Positions 26,473-36,236 of a stretch of 64,000 bases of DNA are shown here, in pieces. The notes below the pieces were generated by a model. The model was not told the DNA's origin and made no database searches. It worked only from the letters and a program-made list of their open reading frames with translations. This stretch comes from a virus (Duplodnaviria > Caudoviricetes). Each line of letters starts with the position of its first letter. Within the stretch, counting starts at the first letter, position 1. The DNA is taken from positions 32,001 through 96,000 of the IMG/VR virus record IMGVR_UViG_3300049988_000124, one strand, 5' to 3'. Both the position numbers and the translations under genes were made by a program.

Positions 26473-29400
26473 GTGGCTAAAGTCAAACTCCTGACCCTGG
26501 CTGATGCCTTCCTGGCGATGGTTCCCAAGCTCACCTTCAAGACCACGACCCTGGCTGCCGGTAGTTCGGTAACGATCGGTACCGTGACGAGCGGGACGGA
26601 CTATGAAGTCACCCTGGGTCTGCCCAGTGGTCCTCGTGGTCTCACCGGCCTTACCCCGAACTTCACCATCGGCAACGTGGTTGCTTCCTCATCGGGCGGT
26701 GCTGCTAGTGCAGCTCTTCGCGGCACGGTTGATAACCCGATCCTTGATCTCACGATCCCTCGTGGCCTAACTGGCGCTACCCCGAACATCTCAATCGGCT
26801 CGACCTTGACCAGTGCTGCTGGTGGTTCTGCAACGGTGTCAGTGGGGGGCACTGCTGAGTCACCAGTGTTGACCTTTACGATTCCGCGTGGTAACACTGG
26901 CCTCACGCCCAACCTGACCATCGGTACGGTCAGCACTGGTGCACCGGGTACTTCGGTGATTGCTTCGTTCCGGGGCACCACGGACAATCCCATCTTGGAC
27001 CTGACGGTTCCGCGTGGTACAACGGGGCTCACTCCGAATCTCACCATTGGTAACGTCACTTCTTCGGCGGCTGGTACGAGTGCGACAGTATCACTGCGCG
27101 GTACCACTGACAATCCGATCCTCGATGTTAACATCCCGCGTGGTGCAACAGGGCTTACACCCTCGATCACGGCGGGTACGATCACGACCGGTGCTCCTGG
27201 TAGCTCGGTAATTGCCAGCTTCCGTGGCACGACCGATAACCCCATTCTGGATCTCACGATCCCTCGTGGTACGGTTGGTGTCACGCCTGCTTTCACGATC
27301 GGTAACGTTACAACTGGTGCATCTGGCACGGCAGCTGCTGCGGGGCTTCGTGGTACAGCGGAGAGTCCGATCCTTGATCTCACGATCCCTCGTGGTCTGA
27401 CGGGTCTCACCCCAAACCTTACGATCGGTAACGTCACCACCTTGACACCGGGTTCAAACGCTACGGCCAGTTTCCGTGGTACGGTTGATAACCCGATCCT
27501 TGATCTCGCCATTCCTCGTGGTACGGCGGGTGCTGGTACGGGCGATGTGGTTGCTGCCAACAACGGCAGTGAGTACGCCACTAACAAGGATAGCTTCCAC
27601 GCTAACCTGGGTGCAGGGACCGGCGTTGGTGGTGGTCGTAGTGTCTACTACGCAACCGATGCAGCAGCGGTTCGCACCGCGATTGGTGCTGTGGCAGCGT
27701 CTGCTATCGGTACAGCGGCGATGTACAACGTTGGAACCACCAGCGGTACAGTCGCAGTCCTGGAATCAAACGGTGTCTTCAACGCTGCTCGTATTCCTGT
27801 CATCATGGGTCACGCCCTCGACGTTCTGACGCCTGATGGTAGCACTACTGCTCCTGGTCTGCGCGTTCGCGCTGCCTCATCGTCGTCGTCGGTCAATGCC
27901 AACACCGCAGTGCTTCAGCTCACCGCGAACGATGGTACCGTTTACGGTAGCCTGACCTCACCTGGTGCACAGCAGCTGAACTGGGATGGTCTCTTCTACC
28001 TTCCGGCTGCCACCAACGCTCTCGGTTCGTTCTTCCGTGCTGGTACTAGTACTGCGGTGATGAGCATTGCGGGCTACTGGAATGCACTGAATACAGTCGC
28101 GTTGACAGACAATGCCAGCATCACGCCTGATTTCTCCACTGGTATCAACTTTACCCTGACGATGACCACTGGTGTTGGTGTGTCTCGCAGCTTCAACGCT
28201 CCCACTAACCTCAAGCCTGGTCAGCGCGGATTCTTCCGCATTGTTCAGCCAGCGGTCACTGACGCTGACTACCGAGTTAACTGGAACTCGTCGACGTGGA
28301 AGTGGCTCGACAGTAACACCATCGAGCCGAGGTTTAACGTTGGTAACAGCGCTGTAACCACCCTCGAGTATTTGGTTACCCAGGCAGGTGAAGTTCAGCT
28401 TTTCCCTGGTAAGTTGTTTGCTACTGTTTCTGACATCAGGGTGGGCACCCATAATGGTGCAGCACTGACACCTGGTAGGTGGTACGACGCTCTGCAGCCG
28501 GTAGGCTTGACTGATGCTTCCTCGATCAACCTGGACTTGTCAACGGCGATTAACTTCACCTTGACAATGACCACCGGGATCGGTGCGACCCGTGCGCTCA
28601 CGCTCTCGAACTCCAAGGTCGGCCAGCGCGGTTTCATTCGCTTCGTGTCACCTGCTGGCATCGCAGCGGGTACCACCTACGTCTCGACCTTCAGTAGTGG
28701 TTTCCGCTTCGATGGTGGCACTGCGCCGCTCTTCAACGCTGGTCCCAACGCTGTCACGGTTCTGGACTATGAGGTTACCGCATTTGGCGAGCTCACCATC
28801 ACTGGTGGTAAGACAAGCACACTTGCGGCTGGTAGTGCTAGTGACTTCACGACTGGTACAGCAACCACAGCGGTTAGCCCGGCATCATACTGGGGAGCGC
28901 AAGTTCCTGTCGCCTTGACCGATGCCGCGACCGTAGCCATCGATCCTACGACGGGTATCAACTTTACGTTGACCATGACGACGGCAATTGGTACGAGCCG
29001 TATCCTTGCTGCTAGTAACACTGCATCAAAGATTGGACAGCGCGGATTTATCCGCATCGTACATCCGGGCTCGGCTACACCGCACGGTATTTCATGGAGC
29101 AGTGCTTACCGCTTCATGGACGGTGTTACCATCGCACCCACGTTGAATCAAACCGCTTTCGGTGTCACGGTCATCGACTATGAGATTACGGCGAGTGGTG
29201 AGATTTCCCTGGGTCAGGGTAGGATGATTGCTACTAGCAGCGATATTCTCGCTGGGACGAGTAACACTTTCCTGACACCTGCCACGTATTGGGCGTCACA
29301 GACAACCACTACGTTGACCGATTCGGCGCTGGTGGTATTCGACTTTGCGACGGCCATCAACTTTAACCTGGTCCTAACCACAGCGGTCGGTACGAGCCGT

Positions 29401-31248
29401 ACCTTCACGGTAAACAACCCCAACCTTGTGAGAGTGGGCCAGCGTGGTTTCATTCGCGTGGTGCAACCTGCTGGTATTCCGGTAGGCACTGTTTATAGTG
29501 CAGCGTTCGGCAGTAACTTCCGGTACGGTGATAACTCAACCTCACCTCTGTTTAATCCGAATGCCAACGCCATCACTGTCTTTGACTATGAGATCACTGC
29601 CTCGCAGGAAATCAGCATCACAGGCGGTCGTACATTTGCTACGACCAGCGAGTTCCTCACAGGGACGAGCACAGCAGCGCTCAACATCGCCACTTTCTGG
29701 GCAGGACAAACTCCGGTTGTTCTAACTGATGCTTCAACTGTTTCGCTGGATCTTTCTAAGGGCATTAACTTTGCTCTGGATATGACCACGGCGACCGGTG
29801 CCACACGTACGGTCAACTTCTCGAACCTCCGGGTGGGACAGCGCGGATTTATCCGGGTCACTCAGCCAACAGACTTCGGTCTGAACAACTTCACCGTCAA
29901 CTGGGGTAGTAACTATTACACCAACAGTGGAGCTGATCCTGTACTCAATACAGGCTACACTGCTGTTACGATCATTCACTACGATGTCACCTCTGCCACT
30001 CGCATTCTGTTGAGTGCCGGTAAGCCTGCTGTCGTCAACTCCGAAGCCACGGCTGCTGAGTATCGTTCGGCCACTCCTGCTCGTGTCCTTGCACCTGATA
30101 AGGTCTGGGCCGCAAACGCACCGGTGACGCTGAGTGAAGCTGATTTCCAGAACGGTGTCAACTTCAACAACTTCATCAACGCAACTGTGACTATCAGTAC
30201 TTATAGTTACGGTTATTTCAACAACGTTGCTAATCCAGTTGCCGCTGGCATGAAGCCTGGTCAATCTGGTTGCATCACGTTTGTTGTTCCAACTGCTGGT
30301 TCTGGTGGACTTAACAACATCATTCCATTTTTCAGTTTTAACGATCAATGGTTCTTTAGTAACGGTACAGTCCCCACGTTCCCCATAAACAATCCTGGCT
30401 ACACGTTCAGGATGTACTACACCATCACTTCCACTAACACAGTGGACGTGTTCTTTGCCATGAACATGGGTCGTAGCTACGACGCTCAAGCTAAGGCTTA
30501 TTTCGATGCTATGACGCTACAGCCAGAAACTTCTCGTAAAGTTCTCATTAACAATCTGATTGTTGGTCTGAAAAACGATGGCGTCTGGTCTTTGCTTGAC
30601 AATCTATGGCTCCTTGCGAGTCATGATAATCAGTCGAGTCGCGTTAATGCAGTACGTCCATCAAACGTATTGACGTTATATGGTAGCCCCTACTTTGTAA
30701 CCAATCTGGGGTGGCAGGCAACTAGCACTTCAGGTCAGGTCGCCAACGTTGGTCTTCAGACTCCTGATGCCTACAACGGTGGCGTCAATAGGCGGCAGTC
30801 GGCAAGTGATGGTAGTTTTGGTTTTTGGCAGAATACAACGAACAGTGAAACCGGTAACGGTTATCTGATCGGTGAGGCTACCAACAACTTCTACGATTAT
30901 CTGGGCCACAGCAGTGCAAACACGTTAACCGCTCGCATTGCTGGATCTAACTCTGGTCTTGCAACCGGTGGTCAGGCGAAGGGTCTCAGGGCCGTTAGTC
31001 ATGTGACCGGTGATGCTAACCAGACTATCTTCTACAATAGCACTGGTTATACTTCTGCTTATGGAAACCAGAACAACATGACGGGAAGTGCCAAGTTCTA
31101 CTTGCTAAATGCTGGTAACCCTGGTTCCTACACCGGTACTACGAACCGTCAGGCAGCTGCGTTCACTGGTCAAGGTATGACCAGCACTCAGCTTGTTGCA
31201 ATGAATAACCGTCTAAATACCTACCTCACTGCGATTGGTGCAAACTGA
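26473..31248 (+). CDS. Long modular tail fibre protein
   Basis: 1591 aa, Thr/Gly/Ala-rich: 7 x 42-aa N-terminal repeats, 6 x ~135-aa middle domains, and a ~250-aa C-terminal domain shared with two downstream genes. GTG start with AAGGA RBS. Confidence 0.8.
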   Translation: MAKVKLLTLADAFLAMVPKLTFKTTTLAAGSSVTIGTVTSGTDYEVTLGLPSGPRGLTGLTPNFTIGNVVASSSGGAASAALRGTVDNPILDLTIPRGLTGATPNISIGSTLTSAAGGSATVSVGGTAESPVLTFTIPRGNTGLTPNLTIGTVSTGAPGTSVIASFRGTTDNPILDLTVPRGTTGLTPNLTIGNVTSSAAGTSATVSLRGTTDNPILDVNIPRGATGLTPSITAGTITTGAPGSSVIASFRGTTDNPILDLTIPRGTVGVTPAFTIGNVTTGASGTAAAAGLRGTAESPILDLTIPRGLTGLTPNLTIGNVTTLTPGSNATASFRGTVDNPILDLAIPRGTAGAGTGDVVAANNGSEYATNKDSFHANLGAGTGVGGGRSVYYATDAAAVRTAIGAVAASAIGTAAMYNVGTTSGTVAVLESNGVFNAARIPVIMGHALDVLTPDGSTTAPGLRVRAASSSSSVNANTAVLQLTANDGTVYGSLTSPGAQQLNWDGLFYLPAATNALGSFFRAGTSTAVMSIAGYWNALNTVALTDNASITPDFSTGINFTLTMTTGVGVSRSFNAPTNLKPGQRGFFRIVQPAVTDADYRVNWNSSTWKWLDSNTIEPRFNVGNSAVTTLEYLVTQAGEVQLFPGKLFATVSDIRVGTHNGAALTPGRWYDALQPVGLTDASSINLDLSTAINFTLTMTTGIGATRALTLSNSKVGQRGFIRFVSPAGIAAGTTYVSTFSSGFRFDGGTAPLFNAGPNAVTVLDYEVTAFGELTITGGKTSTLAAGSASDFTTGTATTAVSPASYWGAQVPVALTDAATVAIDPTTGINFTLTMTTAIGTSRILAASNTASKIGQRGFIRIVHPGSATPHGISWSSAYRFMDGVTIAPTLNQTAFGVTVIDYEITASGEISLGQGRMIATSSDILAGTSNTFLTPATYWASQTTTTLTDSALVVFDFATAINFNLVLTTAVGTSRTFTVNNPNLVRVGQRGFIRVVQPAGIPVGTVYSAAFGSNFRYGDNSTSPLFNPNANAITVFDYEITASQEISITGGRTFATTSEFLTGTSTAALNIATFWAGQTPVVLTDASTVSLDLSKGINFALDMTTATGATRTVNFSNLRVGQRGFIRVTQPTDFGLNNFTVNWGSNYYTNSGADPVLNTGYTAVTIIHYDVTSATRILLSAGKPAVVNSEATAAEYRSATPARVLAPDKVWAANAPVTLSEADFQNGVNFNNFINATVTISTYSYGYFNNVANPVAAGMKPGQSGCITFVVPTAGSGGLNNIIPFFSFNDQWFFSNGTVPTFPINNPGYTFRMYYTITSTNTVDVFFAMNMGRSYDAQAKAYFDAMTLQPETSRKVLINNLIVGLKNDGVWSLLDNLWLLASHDNQSSRVNAVRPSNVLTLYGSPYFVTNLGWQATSTSGQVANVGLQTPDAYNGGVNRRQSASDGSFGFWQNTTNSETGNGYLIGEATNNFYDYLGHSSANTLTARIAGSNSGLATGGQAKGLRAVSHVTGDANQTIFYNSTGYTSAYGNQNNMTGSAKFYLLNAGNPGSYTGTTNRQAAAFTGQGMTSTQLVAMNNRLNTYLTAIGAN
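26650..27531 (+). repeat. Seven tandem 126-nt (42-aa) coding repeats
   Basis: Consensus LTPNLTIGxVTTxxxGxxAxASxRGTxDNPILDLTIPRGxTG, repeated 7 times in exact register. Confidence 0.92.
28075..30470 (+). repeat. Six tandem ~135-aa degenerate domains
   Basis: Units start at 28075, 28480, 28888, 29287, 29695 and 30103. Motifs W..xxxLTDxxxxxxDxxxxINFxLxMTT ... GQRGFIR ... NAVTVxxYE. Confidence 0.88.
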
Positions 31249-31263
31249 TCTGATCTACTGGTC

Positions 31264-31291
31264 ACAGAGGAGGGCATGCGCCCTCCTCTGT
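31264..31291 (+). terminator. Hairpin terminator after the long fibre gene
   Basis: ACAGAGGAGGGC-ATGC-GCCCTCCTCTGT, 12-bp stem. Confidence 0.75.
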
Positions 31292-31301
31292 AGACTATTA
31301 T

Positions 31302-31319
31302 AAATGCCAATCTTATGAC
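31302..31319 (+). promoter_or_regulatory. Putative late promoter (TATG-containing), copy 1 of an identical 18-mer
   Basis: AAATGCCAATCTTATGAC, identical to 36177-36194. phiKZ late promoters have TATG at the start site. Confidence 0.6.
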
Positions 31320-31377
31320 GCCTATTCCCGCACAAAGATGCAAGAAGGCCACGTTATTTTTACATATGAGGTAAACT

Positions 31378-33210
31378 ATGAGCACTATTACACCTCGTCT
31401 ACTGGAAGATTCTGAGACCTTCCGCACCGCGTTCGATGCTCCCAAGTATAGCGGACCGGTTGTTACCGGTGCATACGTTGAAGCTGTCACACCAAACGGT
31501 CCTGGTACCACTGGTGGTGTACGTATTCGTGTCAACGCAGCTGATGAGGCTTACCTCCAGATCCTCAGCGCTGATGGTGTTGCTGAGCGGTACAATCTGA
31601 AGTTCAAGGCTGGCCTCATGGTTGCCTCGGGGATGGTCACCACCCTGCGCGCAGCCGCTGATGCCAAGAACGACTTCCTGACAGCAGCTGCTGGTGTGTT
31701 TATCACCGCCGATGGTTTCTGGCAGGGAATGCGCATCTTTGATCTGACTGATGCCCCGATCATCACCATCGATTATTCCAAGTCAATCAACTTCAGTGTC
31801 ACCATCACTGATAACCGGACGCTTGATTTTCCACAGAACCTGAAGCAGGGTCAGCGCGGATTCATTCGTGTTCGCCAGGACTCAACTGGCGGCCGCCTGC
31901 TGGCTTTTGCCTCTGGCTACCGCTACGAAGATAACGTTACGGCTCCGATCCTGAACTCAGCCGCGAATGCTGTCACGGTTCTTCGCTACGAGGTGACGGG
32001 GAGTGGTGAGGTTACCATCTTCGGCGGTAAGGCAGCGAGTGCTCCTGTTATCGTTGAGGCGACCGCGCAGGAATATCGCTCAGCAGTTGCTGGCAAGGTG
32101 GTCACGCCGGATAAGGTGTGGATTGCAAACCAGGTAGCCCCGATCACTGAGGCATCCCTTGTCACCGGTGTCAATTTCAACAACTTCATCAATGCCAGTG
32201 TGACGCTGACAGGTAACCGCGTGATCGGTAACCCGGTCGGTGGCATGAAGCCTGGTCAGTCAGGTTGCATCACCTTCACCATGGGTGGTAGTGGTGGTTA
32301 CACACTCACCTTCGGGGATCAGTGGTTCTCCTCAGGCAGTGTTGTTCCAATGCTTCCCGCCGCTGTTGGCGGTGTGCACCGGATGTACTACACGATCACT
32401 GATACCAATTCGATCGACTTCTTCTTCGGCGTGAACATGGGTCGTACGTACGATCCTGACGTGCAGGCTTATTTCACCGCCATGACGAGCCAGCCCACAG
32501 CTACCCGCAAGGCGTTGATCAACAACTTCATCTTGGGGTTGAAGACTGACGGTATCTGGACGCTTCTGGATAACCTGTGGCTCCTTGCCAGTCATGATGA
32601 GCAATCATCACGGGTTAACCTGATTCGTCCCTCAAAGCTCCTGGTGAAGATTGGTACTCCCGTCTTCATCGCTGATCTTGGTTGGCAGCAGGATGCAACT
32701 GGCGGTGCTACGGCCAACAACCAGCTTCAGAGCCCTGATGCTTACTTCGGTCCGAACCTGCGTCGCACAGCCCTCCACAGCCTGTCCTACGGTATCTGGC
32801 AGAACACTGCCTTTACCGAGACGCAGAACGGCTACTTGTGCGGTGAGGCTAGCAATAGCTTCTACGATTACCTGCTCTGCAACAACACAGCCACGGTTGG
32901 TCGCATTGCCTCTTCGTCAGCATCAATTAACTCTGGTCAGGTGAAGGGCTTTAAAGCCGTTACGCACGTGGTGGGTGATGCCAACATGTTCGTGACGCAG
33001 AATAACACGTCTGGCTCGGGTGCGTATAACAACACGAACAACAATTCGTCCTCAACGTTTGCTCTTCTGGGTGCAGGCGCATCGAGTGCTTACCCTGGTA
33101 CCAATAACCGTCAGGCCGCAGGCTTCACAGGCACGGGTCTCACGACCGCGCAGTTGACCAGTCTCTACAATCGTCTTAACACGTATCTCACAGCCATTGG
33201 TGCAAACTAA
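31378..33210 (+). CDS. Short tail fibre paralog
   Basis: 610 aa with two ~135-aa middle domains plus the same C-terminal domain as 26473-31248 (LLDNLWLLASHD.QSSRVN ... YNRLNTYLTAIGAN). Confidence 0.8.
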   Translation: MSTITPRLLEDSETFRTAFDAPKYSGPVVTGAYVEAVTPNGPGTTGGVRIRVNAADEAYLQILSADGVAERYNLKFKAGLMVASGMVTTLRAAADAKNDFLTAAAGVFITADGFWQGMRIFDLTDAPIITIDYSKSINFSVTITDNRTLDFPQNLKQGQRGFIRVRQDSTGGRLLAFASGYRYEDNVTAPILNSAANAVTVLRYEVTGSGEVTIFGGKAASAPVIVEATAQEYRSAVAGKVVTPDKVWIANQVAPITEASLVTGVNFNNFINASVTLTGNRVIGNPVGGMKPGQSGCITFTMGGSGGYTLTFGDQWFSSGSVVPMLPAAVGGVHRMYYTITDTNSIDFFFGVNMGRTYDPDVQAYFTAMTSQPTATRKALINNFILGLKTDGIWTLLDNLWLLASHDEQSSRVNLIRPSKLLVKIGTPVFIADLGWQQDATGGATANNQLQSPDAYFGPNLRRTALHSLSYGIWQNTAFTETQNGYLCGEASNSFYDYLLCNNTATVGRIASSSASINSGQVKGFKAVTHVVGDANMFVTQNNTSGSGAYNNTNNNSSSTFALLGAGASSAYPGTNNRQAAGFTGTGLTTAQLTSLYNRLNTYLTAIGAN

Positions 33211-33962
33211 TGTTTGCCGGGATGACGAGTGTCCTTGGAATTGCTAGTTCCAGGGTAGGGGGTGGGTTCAGTTCAGAGCCCATCACCGATTGGTTCACGA
33301 CGGATTCGAGGGGACAGACCCAGACGATCTTTATTCCGAAACGACCCGGTTTCACAATCGCCAGGATCACGTGCATTGGTCCCGGAGAGAAAGAATCATC
33401 CAGTGTCTTTTACCAAACAGAAGGCACCTACTACAGTGGTCGAGGTGGTACTGGTGGAAACTGTTCCACCTCGATTGTAGAGCTGGGTGTCAATGATAGT
33501 CTCTCTGCTTACTTTGATCCCAGCCACGCATTCTTTCGTAAAGATGCAGTTAACGTAGTTGGGGCAAGTTACGGTAGTGTCAGTATGCCGGACAATCTGG
33601 GAGACGTGATCTTCCGAGGTGGTCGTGGTAGTGGCTACAACGCTTACTATCCCAACGGTAGTTCTCAGTCAGGTGCTTTCTTGGCAACGGCTGGTGGCTC
33701 TCCTGCCGGTGTGTTCGGCGATGCCATCAACGGCACTAGCGGTTCAGGTACTGGTAGTGACCGTCTGGGAACAGCTGGTTCTCGTGGTCCAGGTTTCATC
33801 TGGACTGATGCCTCCACTGGTAAAACAGCAACCAATGGTACTGGTTTCAGTGGCGGCGTTACCGATGCTCAGCTTGACTTCGGCGGCGGTTCCGGTAGCG
33901 GTGGTAAAACCGGACGAGGACTCGTTGTCGTCGAATGGGGTACCAGAGATCTGTTTATCTAA
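33210..33962 (+). CDS. Gly-rich tail-fibre accessory protein (paralog 1)
   Basis: ITCIGPG, GGxGG and DFGGG...GRGLVVVEWG; paralog of 34696-35352. Confidence 0.7.
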   Translation: MFAGMTSVLGIASSRVGGGFSSEPITDWFTTDSRGQTQTIFIPKRPGFTIARITCIGPGEKESSSVFYQTEGTYYSGRGGTGGNCSTSIVELGVNDSLSAYFDPSHAFFRKDAVNVVGASYGSVSMPDNLGDVIFRGGRGSGYNAYYPNGSSQSGAFLATAGGSPAGVFGDAINGTSGSGTGSDRLGTAGSRGPGFIWTDASTGKTATNGTGFSGGVTDAQLDFGGGSGSGGKTGRGLVVVEWGTRDLFI

Positions 33963-33966
33963 AGAG

Positions 33967-33996
33967 CATAGGGGAGGGGGAGACCCTTCCCCTATG
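33967..33996 (+). terminator. Hairpin terminator
   Basis: CATAGGGGAGGGG-GAGA-CCCTTCCCCTATG. Confidence 0.65.
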
Positions 33997-34051
33997 GCTT
34001 CATTTTATGACCCCATTCTAGCACGATCGTGCTTTGTTTTAATGAAGGATA

Positions 34052-34699
34052 ATGATCATGAGCTATGCGTACAAGCATGACGGTGAGTGGATTCCGATCA
34101 CCGGTGAGTTCACGATTGGTAACCAAGCCTATATCGGCGACTGGTTGCACAATGAGACGCCAGAGTCTCTGGCTGAGGACGGTATCTATTTCATCGGTGA
34201 AGAGGACAATCCCAAGCCCGGTATTCGCGGTGCTCGCCATATTGAAGAGCGTGACGGTAAGCCTGTTTGGGTATACAAGATCCTGCCCGTCTTCAACGAC
34301 GCTGAGCGGGCTGCCAGGAAAGCAGAGATCAACGGTCACATTGCGGCCGCTTTCTTTCGTGGTTTTGTTCCCGATCATCCTGCGTTCATCGGCGAGCGTC
34401 TCCAGGTTCGCGACAACGATGACAAGACCAATTGGATGGAGGCCCTGCGCCGTTACTCCAAGAAGGTAGAGGCAGGAGACGGTGACCTCGTTGAGGCTAA
34501 GTTCCGTACTGAGGGTAACAAGACCATCTACGTGTCGTATAATGACGCAGTAGTTATCCTTGAGGCACTCTCTGATTGGGCGTTTGTCATTACCGAGCGT
34601 GGTTGGGCGTTGAAGGATGCAGAAGCTGAGGGTGAGGAATACGACGTCACCACAGGCTGGCCCACTGAGACGGTTGTTGTTTCATCAGATCCGGAGTGA
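34052..34699 (+). CDS. Tail fibre assembly chaperone-like protein (DUF4376-like, paralog 1)
   Basis: GERLQVRDNDDKTNW...FRTEGNKTI...RGWALKDA...YDVTTGWP; paralog of 36753-37394. Confidence 0.65.
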   Translation: MIMSYAYKHDGEWIPITGEFTIGNQAYIGDWLHNETPESLAEDGIYFIGEEDNPKPGIRGARHIEERDGKPVWVYKILPVFNDAERAARKAEINGHIAAAFFRGFVPDHPAFIGERLQVRDNDDKTNWMEALRRYSKKVEAGDGDLVEAKFRTEGNKTIYVSYNDAVVILEALSDWAFVITERGWALKDAEAEGEEYDVTTGWPTETVVVSSDPE

Positions 34700-35352
34700 C
34701 ATCAATGCTTCCAGGTATGACATGTTTGTCCGGAATAGTGACTCCCGGACTTATTCTTCCCGTTGACTGGTACACCAGTGTTGGTACTGGTGGTTCATCT
34801 GAGACCATCCAGATTGTCAATCGACCAGGTTTCAGTAAGGTTCGTATTACATGTATCGGCCCAGGTGGTGCTGGTCAAGCTTATTACTACTACGAGCAAA
34901 GTAACGACACGGAGTATTACGATGTTTACGGAGGCGCCGGTGGTAACATCGCCACTAGTCTTCTAACTATCGGATCAAGTGCCAGCCTGAGCGTTTTGTT
35001 CAACAATGCCAACACTTACTTTCAGGTAGATTCCTCTCAACCTGTTTCTGCCGCAACATCTGGTCAAGGTGGTAACAGCGGTACCGTAATCTATAATGGT
35101 GGCGGCGGTGGATATGTGAGTGATGGTGGGTCAGTTGCGAACGGTGGTGGCGCTGCTGGTGTTTATGGTGCTACTAGTGGTCCTACTCGTGGTAGTGGTG
35201 TCACTTGGACAGACACCGTTAAGAAACTGACAGCTACCAATGGCAATGCTAATCAAGACTTCGGTGGCGGAGAAAGCAGAAGCTACAGTAATACTGGTAC
35301 CAGAGGTCGTGGTCTTGTTGTGCTTGAATGGGGCATTGAGAAGCTTTACTGA
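34696..35352 (+). CDS. Gly-rich tail-fibre accessory protein (paralog 2)
   Basis: ITCIGPGGAG and DFGGGE...GRGLVVLEWG; probable start MLPGMT at 34705. Confidence 0.7.
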   Translation: MTSMLPGMTCLSGIVTPGLILPVDWYTSVGTGGSSETIQIVNRPGFSKVRITCIGPGGAGQAYYYYEQSNDTEYYDVYGGAGGNIATSLLTIGSSASLSVLFNNANTYFQVDSSQPVSAATSGQGGNSGTVIYNGGGGGYVSDGGSVANGGGAAGVYGATSGPTRGSGVTWTDTVKKLTATNGNANQDFGGGESRSYSNTGTRGRGLVVLEWGIEKLY

Positions 35353-35375
35353 TTTAACATATTAGGAGAACAATC

Positions 35376-36125
35376 ATGCTTCCGGGTATGACATGTTTAT
35401 CGGGGTTAGCTGGCGGGATTCTATTAGATCCAAGCGCACTAGCCTACATCAATGCGATGTCGGTAAAACCCGACGACAACAGAGCAGTGGTGATCAACAA
35501 TCTCGTTGTTGGTCTAAAGAAAGCTGGTTTCTGGAATCCACTCAATCAGCTCTATCTTCTTGCAGCACATTCCATTGATGCAGCACAGTTGAATCTGTTC
35601 AATCCAGCCTCTGCTGGTACGTTTCACCCTAGTAACTTCACCAAGAACAGAGGCTTGGCTTACGCTGGTGTTGCTTACAACACCGTTCCAAAAGTCAACT
35701 ACACCGCGAATCAATCGACGCTGGGTCTTTACCTGAACAATGGCTACACTTCTGGATACAGTTTGGTTGCTCCATCAAGTGCTGATGGAAATAATCCTAA
35801 CGCTTATTCAGGTGACGATTATCTGTATATCTACGTCTCGAGGGCCGGGGGCGGGGGTACGGGTACGAGTGGTTTCAAAGCCCACTATGCTCTGTCTGCC
35901 CTAAGCGCCACGACGTGGAAGTTCTACAAAAGTGGAATCTCACTTGGAGGAACAACGAATGCTGACGGCGATGCTAGCATCTCTACTAGTCCGCTGTACA
36001 TCGCTAGTGACAATCAACAAGGTATGTCCTTCTTTTACACACTGGTGACTAGTACTTCAGACGCAGACATGGTTATCCTTGACAAACTTCTCAATGACTA
36101 TCTAGCTGCTGTGGGTGGTCTGTAG
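35376..36125 (+). CDS. Stand-alone copy of the fibre C-terminal domain
   Basis: AYINAMSVKPDDNRAVVINNLVVGLKKAGFWNPLNQLYLLAAH ... LNDYLAAVG aligns with the C-terminal domains of both fibres. Confidence 0.75.
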   Translation: MLPGMTCLSGLAGGILLDPSALAYINAMSVKPDDNRAVVINNLVVGLKKAGFWNPLNQLYLLAAHSIDAAQLNLFNPASAGTFHPSNFTKNRGLAYAGVAYNTVPKVNYTANQSTLGLYLNNGYTSGYSLVAPSSADGNNPNAYSGDDYLYIYVSRAGGGGTGTSGFKAHYALSALSATTWKFYKSGISLGGTTNADGDASISTSPLYIASDNQQGMSFFYTLVTSTSDADMVILDKLLNDYLAAVGGL

Positions 36126-36136
36126 AACTTCTGGTT

Positions 36137-36166
36137 AGTAAGGGAGTCCTTCGGGGCTTCCTTACT
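36137..36166 (+). terminator. Hairpin terminator with UUCG loop
   Basis: AGTAAGGGAGTCC-TTCG-GGGCTTCCTTACT. Confidence 0.75.
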
Positions 36167-36176
36167 GATCTTTATA

Positions 36177-36194
36177 AAATGCCAATCTTATGAC
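36177..36194 (+). promoter_or_regulatory. Putative late promoter, copy 2 of the identical 18-mer
   Basis: AAATGCCAATCTTATGAC directly after a terminator, as at 31302. Confidence 0.6.
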
Positions 36195-36236
36195 ACCCTT
36201 AGCGATGGTGATAAGTCGCTAGCTGGATAAGGATTA

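Noticed and set aside
26650-27531. Tandem repeats as a possible CRISPR array
   Set aside because: The repeats are degenerate, in-frame 126-nt coding units with no constant repeat and unique spacer pattern.
26601-27587. 328-aa repetitive antisense ORF
   Set aside because: Mirror of the 42-aa fibre repeats on the opposite strand.
30470-33210. Possible diversity-generating retroelement (paralogous fibre C-termini as TR/VR)
   Set aside because: The copies differ at all bases, mostly synonymous positions rather than only adenines, and no reverse transcriptase is present in the window.
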